Shown here in pieces: positions 34,107 to 44,172 of a stretch of DNA of 64,000 nucleotides (positions are counted from its first letter, which is position 1; each line of letters starts with the position of its first letter). The position numbers and the translations under genes were made by a program. The DNA is from an uncultured bacterium (GTDB lineage: Bacteria > Patescibacteriota > Patescibacteriia > Patescibacteriales > UBA12465). The stretch spans positions 1,048-65,047 of the forward strand of contig CALKWQ010000047.1 in the NCBI GenBank assembly GCA_938003925.1. The letters run 5' to 3'. The notes under the pieces were generated by a model. It was not told the DNA's origin and made no database searches. It saw nothing but the letters and a program-made list of their open reading frames with translations.

Positions 34107-34940
34107 TTATTCTAAAGTTAACACCTGATAACCGGTCGGGGTAACGGCAATAGTGTGCTCAAAATGAGCGCTTAAAGACCGGTCGGCACTAATAATGGTA
34201 TAACCATTATCAGCCACATCCACGCGATGAGTACCGATATTAATCATCGGCTCAATACAAATTACCATCCCTGCCTTTAACTCCAAATTGGCTCCAGAAC
34301 GAGGATTAATTAGATAATGATAGACCTCCGGGTCTTCGTGGGCTTGATAACCAACACCATGTCCGACTAAATCACGCACAACGCCATAACCAGCTGCCTC
34401 AGCAATTTTCTGCACTGTACCGCCGATATCGTTTAAATAAGCTCCTGGTCGCACTTGCTTAATCGCTGCCTGCAAACACTCCTGAGTCACCCGCAGTAGC
34501 TTTTGTGCAGCAGGACTAATCTGGCCCACCGCCACCGTGGCACACATATCAGTATAAAAACCACCGCCAGCAGAATGAGAATTTAGAGGTAGGCCGAGAC
34601 TTTTTCTTAACTCTGGTCGCACAGGCCATTCCATGCCGATATCTAAATCAATAATATCCCCCTCCTGCAGAATACGGCCCGGAATAGCGGCACCATGCAC
34701 CACCTCCTCGTTAATAGAAGCACAGATAGCGGAAGGAAAAAAAATACCACCACCCATAGGATAATCCTTGAAGGCAGGACGACCACCAGCTTCAGTAACC
34801 ATGGCGAGCATAATCGCCTCCAAATCAGCCGTATTAACGCCAGGTTTAACCGCGGCAACTAAGGTCTTTAAAATCTTAGCTAAAATACGACCGCCGGCAC
34901 GCATGGCTTCAATCTCAGCAGCTGTTTTAATATATATCAT
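34107..34940 (-). CDS. map: Methionine aminopeptidase type I
   Basis: IIDLDIG, GHGVG, CIEPM and HFEHT metal-ligand blocks. Confidence 0.9.
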   Translation of the reverse strand: MIYIKTAAEIEAMRAGGRILAKILKTLVAAVKPGVNTADLEAIMLAMVTEAGGRPAFKDYPMGGGIFFPSAICASINEEVVHGAAIPGRILQEGDIIDLDIGMEWPVRPELRKSLGLPLNSHSAGGGFYTDMCATVAVGQISPAAQKLLRVTQECLQAAIKQVRPGAYLNDIGGTVQKIAEAAGYGVVRDLVGHGVGYQAHEDPEVYHYLINPRSGANLELKAGMVICIEPMINIGTHRVDVADNGYTIISADRSLSAHFEHTIAVTPTGYQVLTLE

Positions 34941-34945
34941 AGTTA

Positions 34946-35242
34946 TTATTGTTTGAAACCTTCCAGAATATCGCGGATATGTTCACGATCTACTTCGGTT
35001 AATTCCATCTTATGGCGATTCTGATATAGATTATACATATCCCTATTAATAGTATACTGGGAAACGCCCACACCAGTTCTAAGTTTATCCTTATACTTCT
35101 TAACCAGGGATAACACTAAATCTTTGTTATCGCTACTTAAATTTTTGAAATGATAATTCTTGCGCACCAACTCGTTAAGTTTCCGCTCTACGATGTAACT
35201 GGGCTCATCATTGATGCCCTTTAAAAAGTCTGCTAAATCCAT
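34946..35242 (-). CDS. Hypothetical protein, 98 aa, sitting between secY and map where adk is usually found
   Basis: Clean ORF, visibly more AT-rich than its neighbours. It is preceded by the secY terminator. No family recognised. Confidence 0.5.
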   Translation of the reverse strand: MDLADFLKGINDEPSYIVERKLNELVRKNYHFKNLSSDNKDLVLSLVKKYKDKLRTGVGVSQYTINRDMYNLYQNRHKMELTEVDREHIRDILEGFKQ

Positions 35243-35269
35243 ATTTTTAAGATTATATACCTATTATAA

Positions 35270-35296
35270 CACAAAAATGTAGCTCAAGCTACATTT
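35270..35296 (-). terminator. Terminator after secY
   Basis: Minus strand reads AAAAATGTAGCTTGAGCTACATTTTTGT (stem ATGTAGC/GCTACAT plus T-run). Confidence 0.6.
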
Positions 35297-35326
35297 TTGT
35301 TAGGTCTAAATACAATGAAAAAGTGA

Positions 35327-36598
35327 TTATAAGCCGTCGTATTCTCTCATCGTTAATTGTGATTCTATCTGTTTTACCGTCTCAATCACCACAGAGACAA
35401 CGATTAATAAACTGGTGCCGCCAATAGCTAAAGACTGCAAGCCGGTAAAATACTGCATGACTAAAGGCAAGATAGCAATTAAACTTAAGAACAAAGCACC
35501 TACGAAAATAATACGGTGAGCAGTAAAAGACAGGTAGTCGCTAGTTGGTTTGCCCGGACGGATACCAGGGATAAAACCACCCTGCTTCTGCAAATTCTCG
35601 GCAATACGATCGGGGTGGAAAATAACTTCGGTGTAGAAATAAGTGAAAGCAAAAACCAGTAAGAAATATACTACGCCGTAAAATAATTGATTATTGAAAA
35701 TTTCAATTACCTTAGTCGCCAAAGAAGCAATCCAGGCAGTGCGAGCATGCAAGAAGAATTGGGCAATCATCGGAGGAAATAACACTACGGAAATAGCAAA
35801 AATAATCGGAATCACGCCCGCCATATTAACCCGTAAAGGCAAATGGGTGCTGGAGCCGCCGAAAGCGCGATTACCACGAATCTGACGAGCATATTGCACT
35901 GGGATATTACGCTGTCCTTCGTTAATAATAACCACGCCCACCACCGTTAAGATAGCGATGATAACAAAACCGACTAAGGTAAAAATCTGTGACTGATCAA
36001 AAGTCAAAATAAACTGCTGAATCTGTTGCCATAAACCGGCAACAATACCAGCAAAAATAAGCAAAGAGATGCCGTTGCCAATTTTCTTCTCCGAAATCAG
36101 TTCGCCGATCCACATCAAGAAAATTGTACCAGCCGTAATAGTTAAAATAATGGCACCAAAATCAAAGGCGCTAATATTTCCCAAGATGCCCTGACTGGAG
36201 CGCTGCAATAAAGTAATCATGCCGTAAGCTTGCATGGCAGCTAAAGGCACAGTCGCCCAGCGAGTCCACATGTTGATTTTTTGCCGACCACTCTCCTCTT
36301 TCTGCATCTCCTCAATCTTAGGCACAATCATGCCCAAAAGCTGAAAGATAATGGAAGAAGTGATATAGGGAGCGATACCCATCATAACAATGGAGAAATT
36401 TTCCATACCGCCACCGGAAAAAATATTCATCAAGCCTAAAATCTGATTGGACGCGAAAAGATTTTTCAGTGCTGCTGCGTCTACGCCTGGCACCGGAATA
36501 TGAGCTGCTAAACGGAAAATAACCAACATCCCTAAAACGAATAGGATGCTGTTGCGCAAATCTTTAGCTTTCCAAATTTGTTCTAATTTTGCGAACAT
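35327..36598 (-). CDS. secY: Preprotein translocase subunit SecY
   Basis: Ten hydrophobic segments, GIxPYITSSII, and a position directly after rplO. Confidence 0.95.
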   Translation of the reverse strand: MFAKLEQIWKAKDLRNSILFVLGMLVIFRLAAHIPVPGVDAAALKNLFASNQILGLMNIFSGGGMENFSIVMMGIAPYITSSIIFQLLGMIVPKIEEMQKEESGRQKINMWTRWATVPLAAMQAYGMITLLQRSSQGILGNISAFDFGAIILTITAGTIFLMWIGELISEKKIGNGISLLIFAGIVAGLWQQIQQFILTFDQSQIFTLVGFVIIAILTVVGVVIINEGQRNIPVQYARQIRGNRAFGGSSTHLPLRVNMAGVIPIIFAISVVLFPPMIAQFFLHARTAWIASLATKVIEIFNNQLFYGVVYFLLVFAFTYFYTEVIFHPDRIAENLQKQGGFIPGIRPGKPTSDYLSFTAHRIIFVGALFLSLIAILPLVMQYFTGLQSLAIGGTSLLIVVSVVIETVKQIESQLTMREYDGL

Positions 36599-36638
36599 AA
36601 ATCTTTAAATTATGATTTAATAGGCAAAAGCCAAATAT

Positions 36639-37055
36639 CTAGGCAGATATCTGGCTCCTGACCGACGCGCTCATGCCTAACTTCTCGAACTTAGGCTTAA
36701 TCGTCAATTTCTCTTTGCCTAAAATTTTAACCGGTCCAGAAGCATCCTTGATTAACTCTTTAGCAAACAAAGTGGCAGGGTTAACAGTATCGCCGTCCTT
36801 AAAATGTTTATTAATAGTAGCCACGGAGACGATCTGGTTTTTAGCTTGCAGAGACCGGAAACCGCGTAACTTAGGAGTTTGCAACAATTGCTTGCGCATA
36901 CCTAAGCGCTTGAGGCCGCTCACACCGGAGCGAGACTTCTGCCCCTTTAAACCACGGGTGCTGTAAGTACCGTGACCGGAAGCGTTACCGCGACCAACGC
37001 GCTTTTTTTTATGAGTAGCGCCGACAGAGCGCTTGATGTTATTCAGTGACAGCAT
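36639..37055 (-). CDS. rplO: 50S ribosomal protein L15
   Basis: KKKRVGRGNASGHGTYSTRGLKGQKSRSG; spc-operon position. Confidence 0.95.
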   Translation of the reverse strand: MLSLNNIKRSVGATHKKKRVGRGNASGHGTYSTRGLKGQKSRSGVSGLKRLGMRKQLLQTPKLRGFRSLQAKNQIVSVATINKHFKDGDTVNPATLFAKELIKDASGPVKILGKEKLTIKPKFEKLGMSASVRSQISA

Positions 37056-37086
37056 AGAATTAAATGATTATCTTAAAAATACGCGC

Positions 37087-37752
37087 TTATTTTTTAACAG
37101 CTGCTTTCTTAGATTCAGACTTAAGCTCAGTTTTTTCAACATTATCCGCCTTAACTACCGGCTGTTTTTTATCTCTAACCCTGAGACTGGCCAAGGCCGC
37201 TAAAGTACAGCGAGCATTATTAATCTTATTGTTAGTACCTAAGACCTTGCTGGTGACATTCTTAATGCCAGCTAACTCTAAAATAGCTCTGGCTACACCG
37301 CCAGCAATAACACCGCGACCCTGCTTGGCTGGTTTGAAAATAATAGAAGCTGCTCCTAATTTCTGGTGGACAACATGGGGGATGGTTTCATTAACGACCG
37401 GCACCTTAAATAAAGTTTTCTTAGCGCGATTCACTGCTTTATTGACGGCCATAGTGACATCAGCGCCCTTGCCCAAGCCTACGCTGACACTGCCTTTACG
37501 ATCGCCAATAGCAACACAGGCTCGGAAATTCATACGCTTGCCACCTGCCATCACGCGGGTTACGCGAGCGATTTCCAAGATGCGCTGTTCAAATTCATCC
37601 TTATGCTCATCGCGACCGCCGCGATTATCCCGGCGCGGAGAACGACCGCCACGTTGGCGCTTATCCTTATCACCGTATAAATCTTTCGCGACAGCGGCTG
37701 CGACCTGCTGGTCAGGAGTGCTGGCTTCTACTTTTTTGTTATCGTCTGCCAT
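37087..37752 (-). CDS. rpsE: 30S ribosomal protein S5 with an N-terminal extension (221 aa)
   Basis: ILEIARVTRVMAGGKRMNFRACVAIGD...GRGVIAGG. About 55 extra Arg/Gly/Asp-rich residues at the N-terminus. Confidence 0.95.
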   Translation of the reverse strand: MADDNKKVEASTPDQQVAAAVAKDLYGDKDKRQRGGRSPRRDNRGGRDEHKDEFEQRILEIARVTRVMAGGKRMNFRACVAIGDRKGSVSVGLGKGADVTMAVNKAVNRAKKTLFKVPVVNETIPHVVHQKLGAASIIFKPAKQGRGVIAGGVARAILELAGIKNVTSKVLGTNNKINNARCTLAALASLRVRDKKQPVVKADNVEKTELKSESKKAAVKK

Positions 37753-37778
37753 ATTAAGTATCTTAATGCTTATTAAGT

Positions 37779-38138
37779 TTAGAAAATTAAGCCTTGAGCG
37801 CGAGCGCCATCAGCTACAGCCTTAATGCGGCCATGGTAGCGATAGGAACTGCGGTCAAATACTACTTCTTTCAAGCCCAGAGCCAAAGCTTTGTCAGCTA
37901 AGAGCTTACCTAAAGCTTCTGCTGCCTCTACCTTCTTTAAGCTCTTGCCAGTTAATTCACGCACGTGGGCACTAGCTAAGGTGCGGCCGGCATTATCGTC
38001 AATCAATTGCAGATATAAACCGCGATTGGAACGAAAAACGTTTAAACGCGGACGAGCAGCGCTGCCGCTGATTTTAGCGCGCACCCGAGCCTGGCGACGT
38101 GCCTGGCGAGCTTTTTCTTTTTTGATAACATTCATCAT
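37779..38138 (-). CDS. rplR: 50S ribosomal protein L18
   Basis: RPRLNVFRSNRGLYLQLIDD...YHGRIKAVADGAR. Start taken at MMNVIKK. Confidence 0.9.
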   Translation of the reverse strand: MMNVIKKEKARQARRQARVRAKISGSAARPRLNVFRSNRGLYLQLIDDNAGRTLASAHVRELTGKSLKKVEAAEALGKLLADKALALGLKEVVFDRSSYRYHGRIKAVADGARAQGLIF

Positions 38139-38158
38139 ATAATTTAAAAACAATTGCC

Positions 38159-38698
38159 TTATTTTTTAGCGGCAGTCTTGCCGGCCTTGCGACGCAACAC
38201 TTCATCGGCATATTTAACACCCTTGCCCTTATAAGGTTCCGGTACACGCAGCTTCCTAACCTTAAAAGCGGTGTTGCCTAATAATTCGTTATCGATACCG
38301 CTCAAGGTGATTGCATTACCTTCTACTGCCGCACTGATGCCGGCTGGCAAAACGAATTCAATCGGATGGGAATAGCCTAAATTTAGGTTGAGTTTGTTGC
38401 CGCTAACAGCAGCTCTATAACCCACACCATTGATTTCTAACTTCTTGCTAAAACCAGTGGTCACGCCAGTTACCATATTATCTACTAAAGCGCGATACAA
38501 ACCCCAATAAGCACTAGCATCTTTAGCTGCTAAATCAACATTAACACGCACAAACTCTTCCGTAATTTCTATAGACGCTGGAGCTTTAATGGCACGAGAC
38601 AGTTCTCCTTTTGGTCCTTTAATGGTCAATAGGCCGTCTTTAAACTGAGCGCTAACGCCAGCAGAGAGTTTAATTGGTAATTTTCCTAAACGAGACAT
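38159..38698 (-). CDS. rplF: 50S ribosomal protein L6
   Basis: MSRLGKLPIKL...GVGYRA...GYSHPIEF. Confidence 0.95.
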   Translation of the reverse strand: MSRLGKLPIKLSAGVSAQFKDGLLTIKGPKGELSRAIKAPASIEITEEFVRVNVDLAAKDASAYWGLYRALVDNMVTGVTTGFSKKLEINGVGYRAAVSGNKLNLNLGYSHPIEFVLPAGISAAVEGNAITLSGIDNELLGNTAFKVRKLRVPEPYKGKGVKYADEVLRRKAGKTAAKK

Positions 38699-38755
38699 AT
38701 TTTCTGGGCACGGCGCGAAGATAAGCTATGAAGCTAAACTCGCCCGCAAAATTAG

Positions 38756-39166
38756 TTAGTACACCTCACCGATCAGTTCGCCACCGATATTCTTGCGGTG
38801 CGCTTCTCTATTCGTCATTAACCCGGAAGAAGTGGATAAAATAGCAATACCAAAATTATTTAATACCGTCGGAATACGGTCTTTACCCACATAAACCCTA
38901 GCGCCGGATTTGCTGACGCGCTTGATGCCACGAATGAAGGGGCTGCCGTTCTTTTGGTATTTCAAAACCAACTTCAGCTGATCAAACTGGCTATGGCGGG
39001 CATTTAGGCCTCCAGCCACGATTTCAACCTGGCTAATCCAGCCTTCTTTCTCCAAAATCTTGGCGATTTCATATTTCATTTTACTCATCGGCATCAGCAC
39101 CTCGGTCTTGCGGACTAAGGAAGCATTGCGGATTCTTGTAAACATGTCTGCGATGGGATCTGTCAT
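38756..39166 (-). CDS. rpsH: 30S ribosomal protein S8
   Basis: MTDPIADMFTRIRNA... Confidence 0.95.
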   Translation of the reverse strand: MTDPIADMFTRIRNASLVRKTEVLMPMSKMKYEIAKILEKEGWISQVEIVAGGLNARHSQFDQLKLVLKYQKNGSPFIRGIKRVSKSGARVYVGKDRIPTVLNNFGIAILSTSSGLMTNREAHRKNIGGELIGEVY

Positions 39167-39205
39167 ATTGTTATGCTATTTTTAGATAATATTGGCGGCC
39201 GGAAT

Positions 39206-39391
39206 TTACCAGCTAGATTTTGTAATACCCGGCAGGTCGCCGTTATCCGCTAATTCACGAAAGCAAATACGGCACAAGCCAAAATCGCGCATATAGCCGT
39301 GGTTGCGACCGCAGCGCCAGCAACGATTAATCTTGCGAGTGGAGAATTTTGGTTTGCGCTTTGCTTTAACGATGAGAGCTGTTCTTGCCAT
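39206..39391 (-). CDS. rpsN: 30S ribosomal protein S14, zinc-binding type Z (61 aa)
   Basis: [25 protein letters not shown]...W. Confidence 0.95.
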   Translation of the reverse strand: MARTALIVKAKRKPKFSTRKINRCWRCGRNHGYMRDFGLCRICFRELADNGDLPGITKSSW

Positions 39392-39402
39392 AAATATGTA
39401 AA

Positions 39403-39948
39403 TTATTTTTCGTTCTTTTTGAAAGGAAAGCCAAAAGCGGTGAATAGCGCCAAGCCTTCTGCGCGAGTCTTCGCGCTGGTATTTAAGGAAACCTCTAAAC
39501 CGTAAATCTGATCAACATCTTCAGCTCGAAGTTCAGGAAAACAAGAATAATCTTTAAAGCCAACTGTCATATTGCCACTGCGATCTACGCCCTTATCACT
39601 AATGCCGCGGAAATCACGTACGCGAGGGAAAGAAACATCTACCAACTTCTGGACAAAATCATACATCCGATCACCACGCAGAGTAGCTACCGCACCAATA
39701 ACCTGACCTTCACGTACTTTGAAAGCGGAAATAGATTTCTTAGCTTTAGTCATAATCGGTTTCTGGCCGCTGATTTTGGTTAAAGCTTTTTCAATCGCGC
39801 TAATCGCTTCTTTTTCCTTGGCGTGTTTACCAAAGCCGATGTTGATGACGACTTTTTGCAAACGCGGAACCAAGAGGCTGTTCTTATAAGCGAACTGCTC
39901 TTTTAGCTTCGGTACGATTTCTTTTTGATATTTTTCTTTTAAGCGCAT
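39403..39948 (-). CDS. rplE: 50S ribosomal protein L5
   Basis: [15 protein letters not shown]...KVVINIGFG...FPRVRDFRG. Confidence 0.95.
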   Translation of the reverse strand: MRLKEKYQKEIVPKLKEQFAYKNSLLVPRLQKVVINIGFGKHAKEKEAISAIEKALTKISGQKPIMTKAKKSISAFKVREGQVIGAVATLRGDRMYDFVQKLVDVSFPRVRDFRGISDKGVDRSGNMTVGFKDYSCFPELRAEDVDQIYGLEVSLNTSAKTRAEGLALFTAFGFPFKKNEK

Positions 39949-39958
39949 AGAATTGAAA

Positions 39959-40279
39959 TTACTCGATTACAGTCTGGCATTTCTTGCAGACCCGATATTT
40001 TTTGGAGCCTTTTTCACCGGCAACGAGCTTAGCGCCAACTCTAGTCTGGCGGCCGCAGGCAGGGCAGATTAAAGCGACATTAGAGGCATTGATAAAAGCC
40101 GGAAACTCAATTCTCTGGCCTTTTTCACCTTCACGATTAGGGCGCATATGCTTGACTAGCAAATTCAAACCCTCCACGCTCACCTTGCCTTCAGCAGGCA
40201 ACACTTGGAGAACTTTGCCAGTCTTGCCGCTATCTTTGCCGGCTAATATTTTAACATTGTCATTTTTCTTGATGTTCAT
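39959..40279 (-). CDS. rplX: 50S ribosomal protein L24
   Basis: KKNDNVKILAGKDSGKTGKVLQV, with a C-terminal CxxC...CxxC ribbon. Confidence 0.9.
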   Translation of the reverse strand: MNIKKNDNVKILAGKDSGKTGKVLQVLPAEGKVSVEGLNLLVKHMRPNREGEKGQRIEFPAFINASNVALICPACGRQTRVGAKLVAGEKGSKKYRVCKKCQTVIE

Positions 40280-40301
40280 ATGTTCAATGTGTCGCTCTTA
40301 A

Positions 40302-40676
40302 TTATAAAACCTCAGGAGCTAAAGAGGCGATTTTCACGAAACCAGCGCGCCGAACTTCCCTGGCCACTGGGCCGAAAATTCTCGTTCCCTTCGGATCCTT
40401 CTTCTCTTTATCAACAATAATGACGCAGGCGTTATCATCAAAACGGACATAAGTACCATCTTGGCGACGAATCTCTTTACTAGTACGCACAATTACGGCC
40501 TTCACCACATCGCTTTTCTTGACGGCGGCGTGAGGAGAGGCGCTCTTAACTGCGCCAATAATAACATCGCCAACATGAGCATAGCGCTTGCGGTAGCCGC
40601 CTAAAACGCGGATGCACATCACTTCTTTCGCGCCGGAATTATCGGCCACCTTTAATCTTGTCTGTACTTGAATCAT
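40302..40676 (-). CDS. rplN: 50S ribosomal protein L14
   Basis: [17 protein letters not shown]... The track ORF is extended 21 codons upstream into rpsQ. Confidence 0.95.
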   Translation of the reverse strand: MIQVQTRLKVADNSGAKEVMCIRVLGGYRKRYAHVGDVIIGAVKSASPHAAVKKSDVVKAVIVRTSKEIRRQDGTYVRFDDNACVIIVDKEKKDPKGTRIFGPVAREVRRAGFVKIASLAPEVL

Positions 40677-40728
40677 AACAGTATCGTTAGCCGCCGCCCT
40701 TGTACAAGGCCGGAACGGCAAACCTGCT

Positions 40729-41007
40729 TTAGTTCTCAATTATTCTCCAGCGTTTGTTCTTGCTCATAGGGCGACATTCAATAAAAGTAACCTTGTCGCC
40801 TTCCTTGCAACTATTATTTTCATCATGAACCTGGTAGTTGCGACTAACGGTATAACGCTTTTGATATTTTTGGTTAAGTTTAACGGTCTCCACTCTGACG
40901 ACAGCTGTCTTCTCGCCTTTGTCGCTAACGACAACGCCGCTGAAGCGCTTCACGATCTTAGCGATCGCTGGTGTAGTGGCACTGACTGTTTTTTTGTTTG
41001 CGGGCAT
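40729..41007 (-). CDS. rpsQ: 30S ribosomal protein S17
   Basis: [17 protein letters not shown]...YQVHDENN. Confidence 0.9.
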   Translation of the reverse strand: MPANKKTVSATTPAIAKIVKRFSGVVVSDKGEKTAVVRVETVKLNQKYQKRYTVSRNYQVHDENNSCKEGDKVTFIECRPMSKNKRWRIIEN

Positions 41008-41018
41008 AAAAGTTTAAA

Positions 41019-41204
41019 TTAAGCTTTGGTGTTAAGAACCGTTAGGATCCGGGCAGTCGTAGCACGCACTTCCCTGATTTCGCGGATATTTTTCAACTGG
41101 CGATTAGAATCTTTAAAACGCAATTCGCGCAGCTTTTCCCGATGTTGGGCTAACAGCTTATGTAAATCGGCCGGAGTTTTAGTTGTGAGCTCTTTTATTT
41201 CCAT
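41019..41204 (-). CDS. rpmC: 50S ribosomal protein L29
   Basis: ELRELRFKDSNRQLKN. Confidence 0.9.
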   Translation of the reverse strand: MEIKELTTKTPADLHKLLAQHREKLRELRFKDSNRQLKNIREIREVRATTARILTVLNTKA

Positions 41205-41237
41205 ATGATTGATTAAAATAATTTCAAGGGCACGATT

Positions 41238-41636
41238 TTACTTAGTAACAACCTTACATTTAACCGGTAGTTTGTGAGAGGCTAAAGTCATCGCCTCCCG
41301 AGCAGTCTTTTCATCCACACCTTCCATTTCAAACATGACAGTACCGGGCTTAATAACCGCTACATAATGGTCAACCGCGCCTTTACCTTTACCCATGGGA
41401 ATTTCTCCACCGTGAGCAGTAACTGGCTTATCCGGAAAAATACGAATCCAGAGCTTACCCGTTTTCTTAATATAACGGGTCATAACGCGACGCGCAGACT
41501 CAATCTGGCGAGAATCAACCCAGTGAGCACTCATCGCCTTCAAGCCGTAGCTGCCAAAGCTCACTTCTACCATACGAGTGGCAACACCACCACGACGGCG
41601 CTTGTGATCTTTCCGGTATTTAGTTTTCTTGGGCAT
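41238..41636 (-). CDS. rplP: 50S ribosomal protein L16
   Basis: MPKKTKYRKDHKRRRGG... Confidence 0.95.
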   Translation of the reverse strand: MPKKTKYRKDHKRRRGGVATRMVEVSFGSYGLKAMSAHWVDSRQIESARRVMTRYIKKTGKLWIRIFPDKPVTAHGGEIPMGKGKGAVDHYVAVIKPGTVMFEMEGVDEKTAREAMTLASHKLPVKCKVVTK

Positions 41637-41672
41637 TAACATATCGGTAATGAAAATCGTTTAATTTTTATT

Positions 41673-42353
41673 TTAAGCGGCGATAAGTTCTCCTTTGCCG
41701 TCTTTTTCTTTCTCAAAAACTTCACCTTTATAAATCCAGATTTTGATGCCGATAGCACCATAACTGGTGTGAGCAGCACCGCGAGCATAACTGATGTCAG
41801 CGCGCAAAGTCTGCAACGGCACCTTGCCCCAAACTAATTTTTCAGTACGGGCAATTTCAGCACCATTTAAGCGACCACTGATAACCACCTTGACACCCAG
41901 GGCTCCAGCGCGTTCAACACGCCCCAGCAACTGCTTCATCACTTTACGAAAAGGCATGCGCTTTTCTAATTCCATGATAGTAGTCTGAACGGCAATCTGA
42001 GCGCTGAGTTGCGGACGGTTCGCTTCTTTAATATTCAAGTTGATTTCACCCATGCGGAAATTACGCAAAAATTGATCATGAATTTTCTTCTTCAAATCTT
42101 CCACGCCGTTACCACCGCGACCGATGATTAAACCTGGTTTAGCGGTGTGGATATCAATGGTGATTTTATTCAAACTACGAATAATCTCAACTCTATCAAC
42201 GCCAGCTTCGCGCATGGTCTTGATCAGGTGCTTGCGGATAGCAACGTCCTGTTGAACGTTCTTGATATAGGTCTTTCCGCTTTCGAACCAGATGGAAGGC
42301 CAGGTTTTGGTAACGCCTAAGCGCATTACGTTTGGATTTACTTTTTTACCCAT
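41673..42353 (-). CDS. rpsC: 30S ribosomal protein S3
   Basis: MGKKVNPNVMRLG... KH domain ...GRLNGAEIAR. Confidence 0.95.
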   Translation of the reverse strand: MGKKVNPNVMRLGVTKTWPSIWFESGKTYIKNVQQDVAIRKHLIKTMREAGVDRVEIIRSLNKITIDIHTAKPGLIIGRGGNGVEDLKKKIHDQFLRNFRMGEINLNIKEANRPQLSAQIAVQTTIMELEKRMPFRKVMKQLLGRVERAGALGVKVVISGRLNGAEIARTEKLVWGKVPLQTLRADISYARGAAHTSYGAIGIKIWIYKGEVFEKEKDGKGELIAA

Positions 42354-42386
42354 ACTATTGGTTATGCGTGATTAATTGCTAAAAAT

Positions 42387-42917
42387 TTATTTACTACCAG
42401 CCTTGCGATTGAAAACTTTAGTAGTGAAGCCTTTGCCAGATTTAGTGTCGGTCTTAGCCTTTGCGGACTTAGTTCCTTCTTTCTTGGTTGAAGCAACAGC
42501 ACGTTTTTCTGCTTCTGCTGCTACCTGTTCTAATTTGACCGGAGCCTCAACTTTATCCTTACGAGCAACTTTCTTACCGCTGGCAACTATTTCCGCCAAA
42601 GTAACATGCACATGACAGCCGCGTTTGCGAATCACAGTAGCACGTCCGTGAGCCTTAGGCATCCAGCGCTTCAAAGTAACGGCCTCGTCAGCTTTAATCT
42701 CCTTAATTAACAGATTATTTTTATCCAAACTGAAGTTATGTTCCGCGTTAGCAATAGCAGACTCAATTAATTTCTTAATCGGTTCGGCAGCCAACTTATT
42801 TAAAAACTGCAATTGATCTAAGGCCTTATTCACCGGCAGCTTGCGGACCACATCAATCACTAAGCGTGCTTTACGCGCCGACATTCTTAAATGATTTAAA
42901 CTTGCTTTAATTTCCAT
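42387..42917 (-). CDS. rplV: 50S ribosomal protein L22 with a Lys/Ala-rich C-terminal extension (176 aa)
   Basis: LRMSARKARLVIDVVRK...KAHGRATVIRKRGCHVHV. About 60 extra residues follow. Confidence 0.9.
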   Translation of the reverse strand: MEIKASLNHLRMSARKARLVIDVVRKLPVNKALDQLQFLNKLAAEPIKKLIESAIANAEHNFSLDKNNLLIKEIKADEAVTLKRWMPKAHGRATVIRKRGCHVHVTLAEIVASGKKVARKDKVEAPVKLEQVAAEAEKRAVASTKKEGTKSAKAKTDTKSGKGFTTKVFNRKAGSK

Positions 42918-42974
42918 AGGATTCGCTTATCGGCAGAATCAGCGCTGGCTGCGCGTAACCGCCTCTCATTTTAA

Positions 42975-43268
42975 TTATTTGCCGCCCTTAGTCTGAGACT
43001 GAGCTTTAGCCATCTTACCACCATGGGAAACGAACTTTCTGGTCGGCGCAAATTCACCCAAACGATGACCAACCATGTTTTCCACAACATAAACAGGCAC
43101 ATGCACGCGACCGTTATGAACAGCGATGGTCAAACCAACCATTTCCGGAACAACCGAGCAGGCACGATCCCAAACCTTGAGAACGGTCTTGTCGCCCGGC
43201 TTCAAAGCCTGTACTTTCTTTAAAATACGAGGATTGATGTATGGCCCTTTTTTAGAACTTCTTGACAT
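42975..43268 (-). CDS. rpsS: 30S ribosomal protein S19
   Basis: [11 protein letters not shown]...[11 protein letters not shown]...[11 protein letters not shown]. Confidence 0.95.
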   Translation of the reverse strand: MSRSSKKGPYINPRILKKVQALKPGDKTVLKVWDRACSVVPEMVGLTIAVHNGRVHVPVYVVENMVGHRLGEFAPTRKFVSHGGKMAKAQSQTKGGK

Positions 43269-43304
43269 ATACTTATTATAATTTGATGGATAAATTCAGC
43301 TTAA

Positions 43305-44141
43305 CTATTTTCTCTTCGCACGGCGCTTAATAATCAATTTATTGGAAGAACGCTTGCGGCGAGTCTTAACACCCAAAGCCGGCTTGCCCCAAGGAGTCTT
43401 GGGATGGCGCAGACCAATGGACTGGTTACCTTCACCACCGCCATGAGGATGATCAACCGGATTCATAGCTGTACCACGGACAGTCGGACGAATACCCATA
43501 TGACGGCTACGCCCAGCCTTGCCTAATACGATATGGCGCTTATCAGGATTACTAGCTTGGCCAACAGTACATAGACACTCTTTCTTAACTAAGCGGATTT
43601 CGCCGCTCGGCATCTTTACCTGAGCAAACCTACCCTCGACGCCCATCACAAATACGGCATTACCAGCGCCACGAGCGATACGAGCACCGCGACCTGGTTC
43701 AAATTCTAAATTACTAATGGCCACGCCGGCTGGAATATGTTGCACGGGCATAGCATTGCCCACTTTGATTTCAATTAAATTCTTGGAACTTAAAACTTTT
43801 TCGCCGACTACTAAGCCAATCGGAGCGATAATATAGCGCTTTTCACCATCGGCATAGTTTAATAAAGCCAAACGAGCACCGCGATTAGGGTCATACTCAA
43901 TGGCAGCTACGGTAGCCGGGATATCAAATTTATCACGTTTGAAATCAACCAAACGAATATATCTCTTTTCTCCGCCACCACGATGACGTGTGGTAATTTT
44001 ACCCTGGCTGTTGCGACCGCTAGTTTTTTTCTTAATTACAATCAGTCTCTTTTCCGGAGTGGTTTTAGTAATGTCAGCGCAATCATCAAAAGTGGCGTTG
44101 CGGCGGCCAGGAGTATTGGCTCGTACTTTTTTAATACCCAT
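43305..44141 (-). CDS. rplB: 50S ribosomal protein L2
   Basis: GRRNA...GGGEKR...MNPVDHPHGGGEG. Confidence 0.95.
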   Translation of the reverse strand: MGIKKVRANTPGRRNATFDDCADITKTTPEKRLIVIKKKTSGRNSQGKITTRHRGGGEKRYIRLVDFKRDKFDIPATVAAIEYDPNRGARLALLNYADGEKRYIIAPIGLVVGEKVLSSKNLIEIKVGNAMPVQHIPAGVAISNLEFEPGRGARIARGAGNAVFVMGVEGRFAQVKMPSGEIRLVKKECLCTVGQASNPDKRHIVLGKAGRSRHMGIRPTVRGTAMNPVDHPHGGGEGNQSIGLRHPKTPWGKPALGVKTRRKRSSNKLIIKRRAKRK

Positions 44142-44172
44142 ATATAGTCAATTACTTGTTTATGATTTAAAA

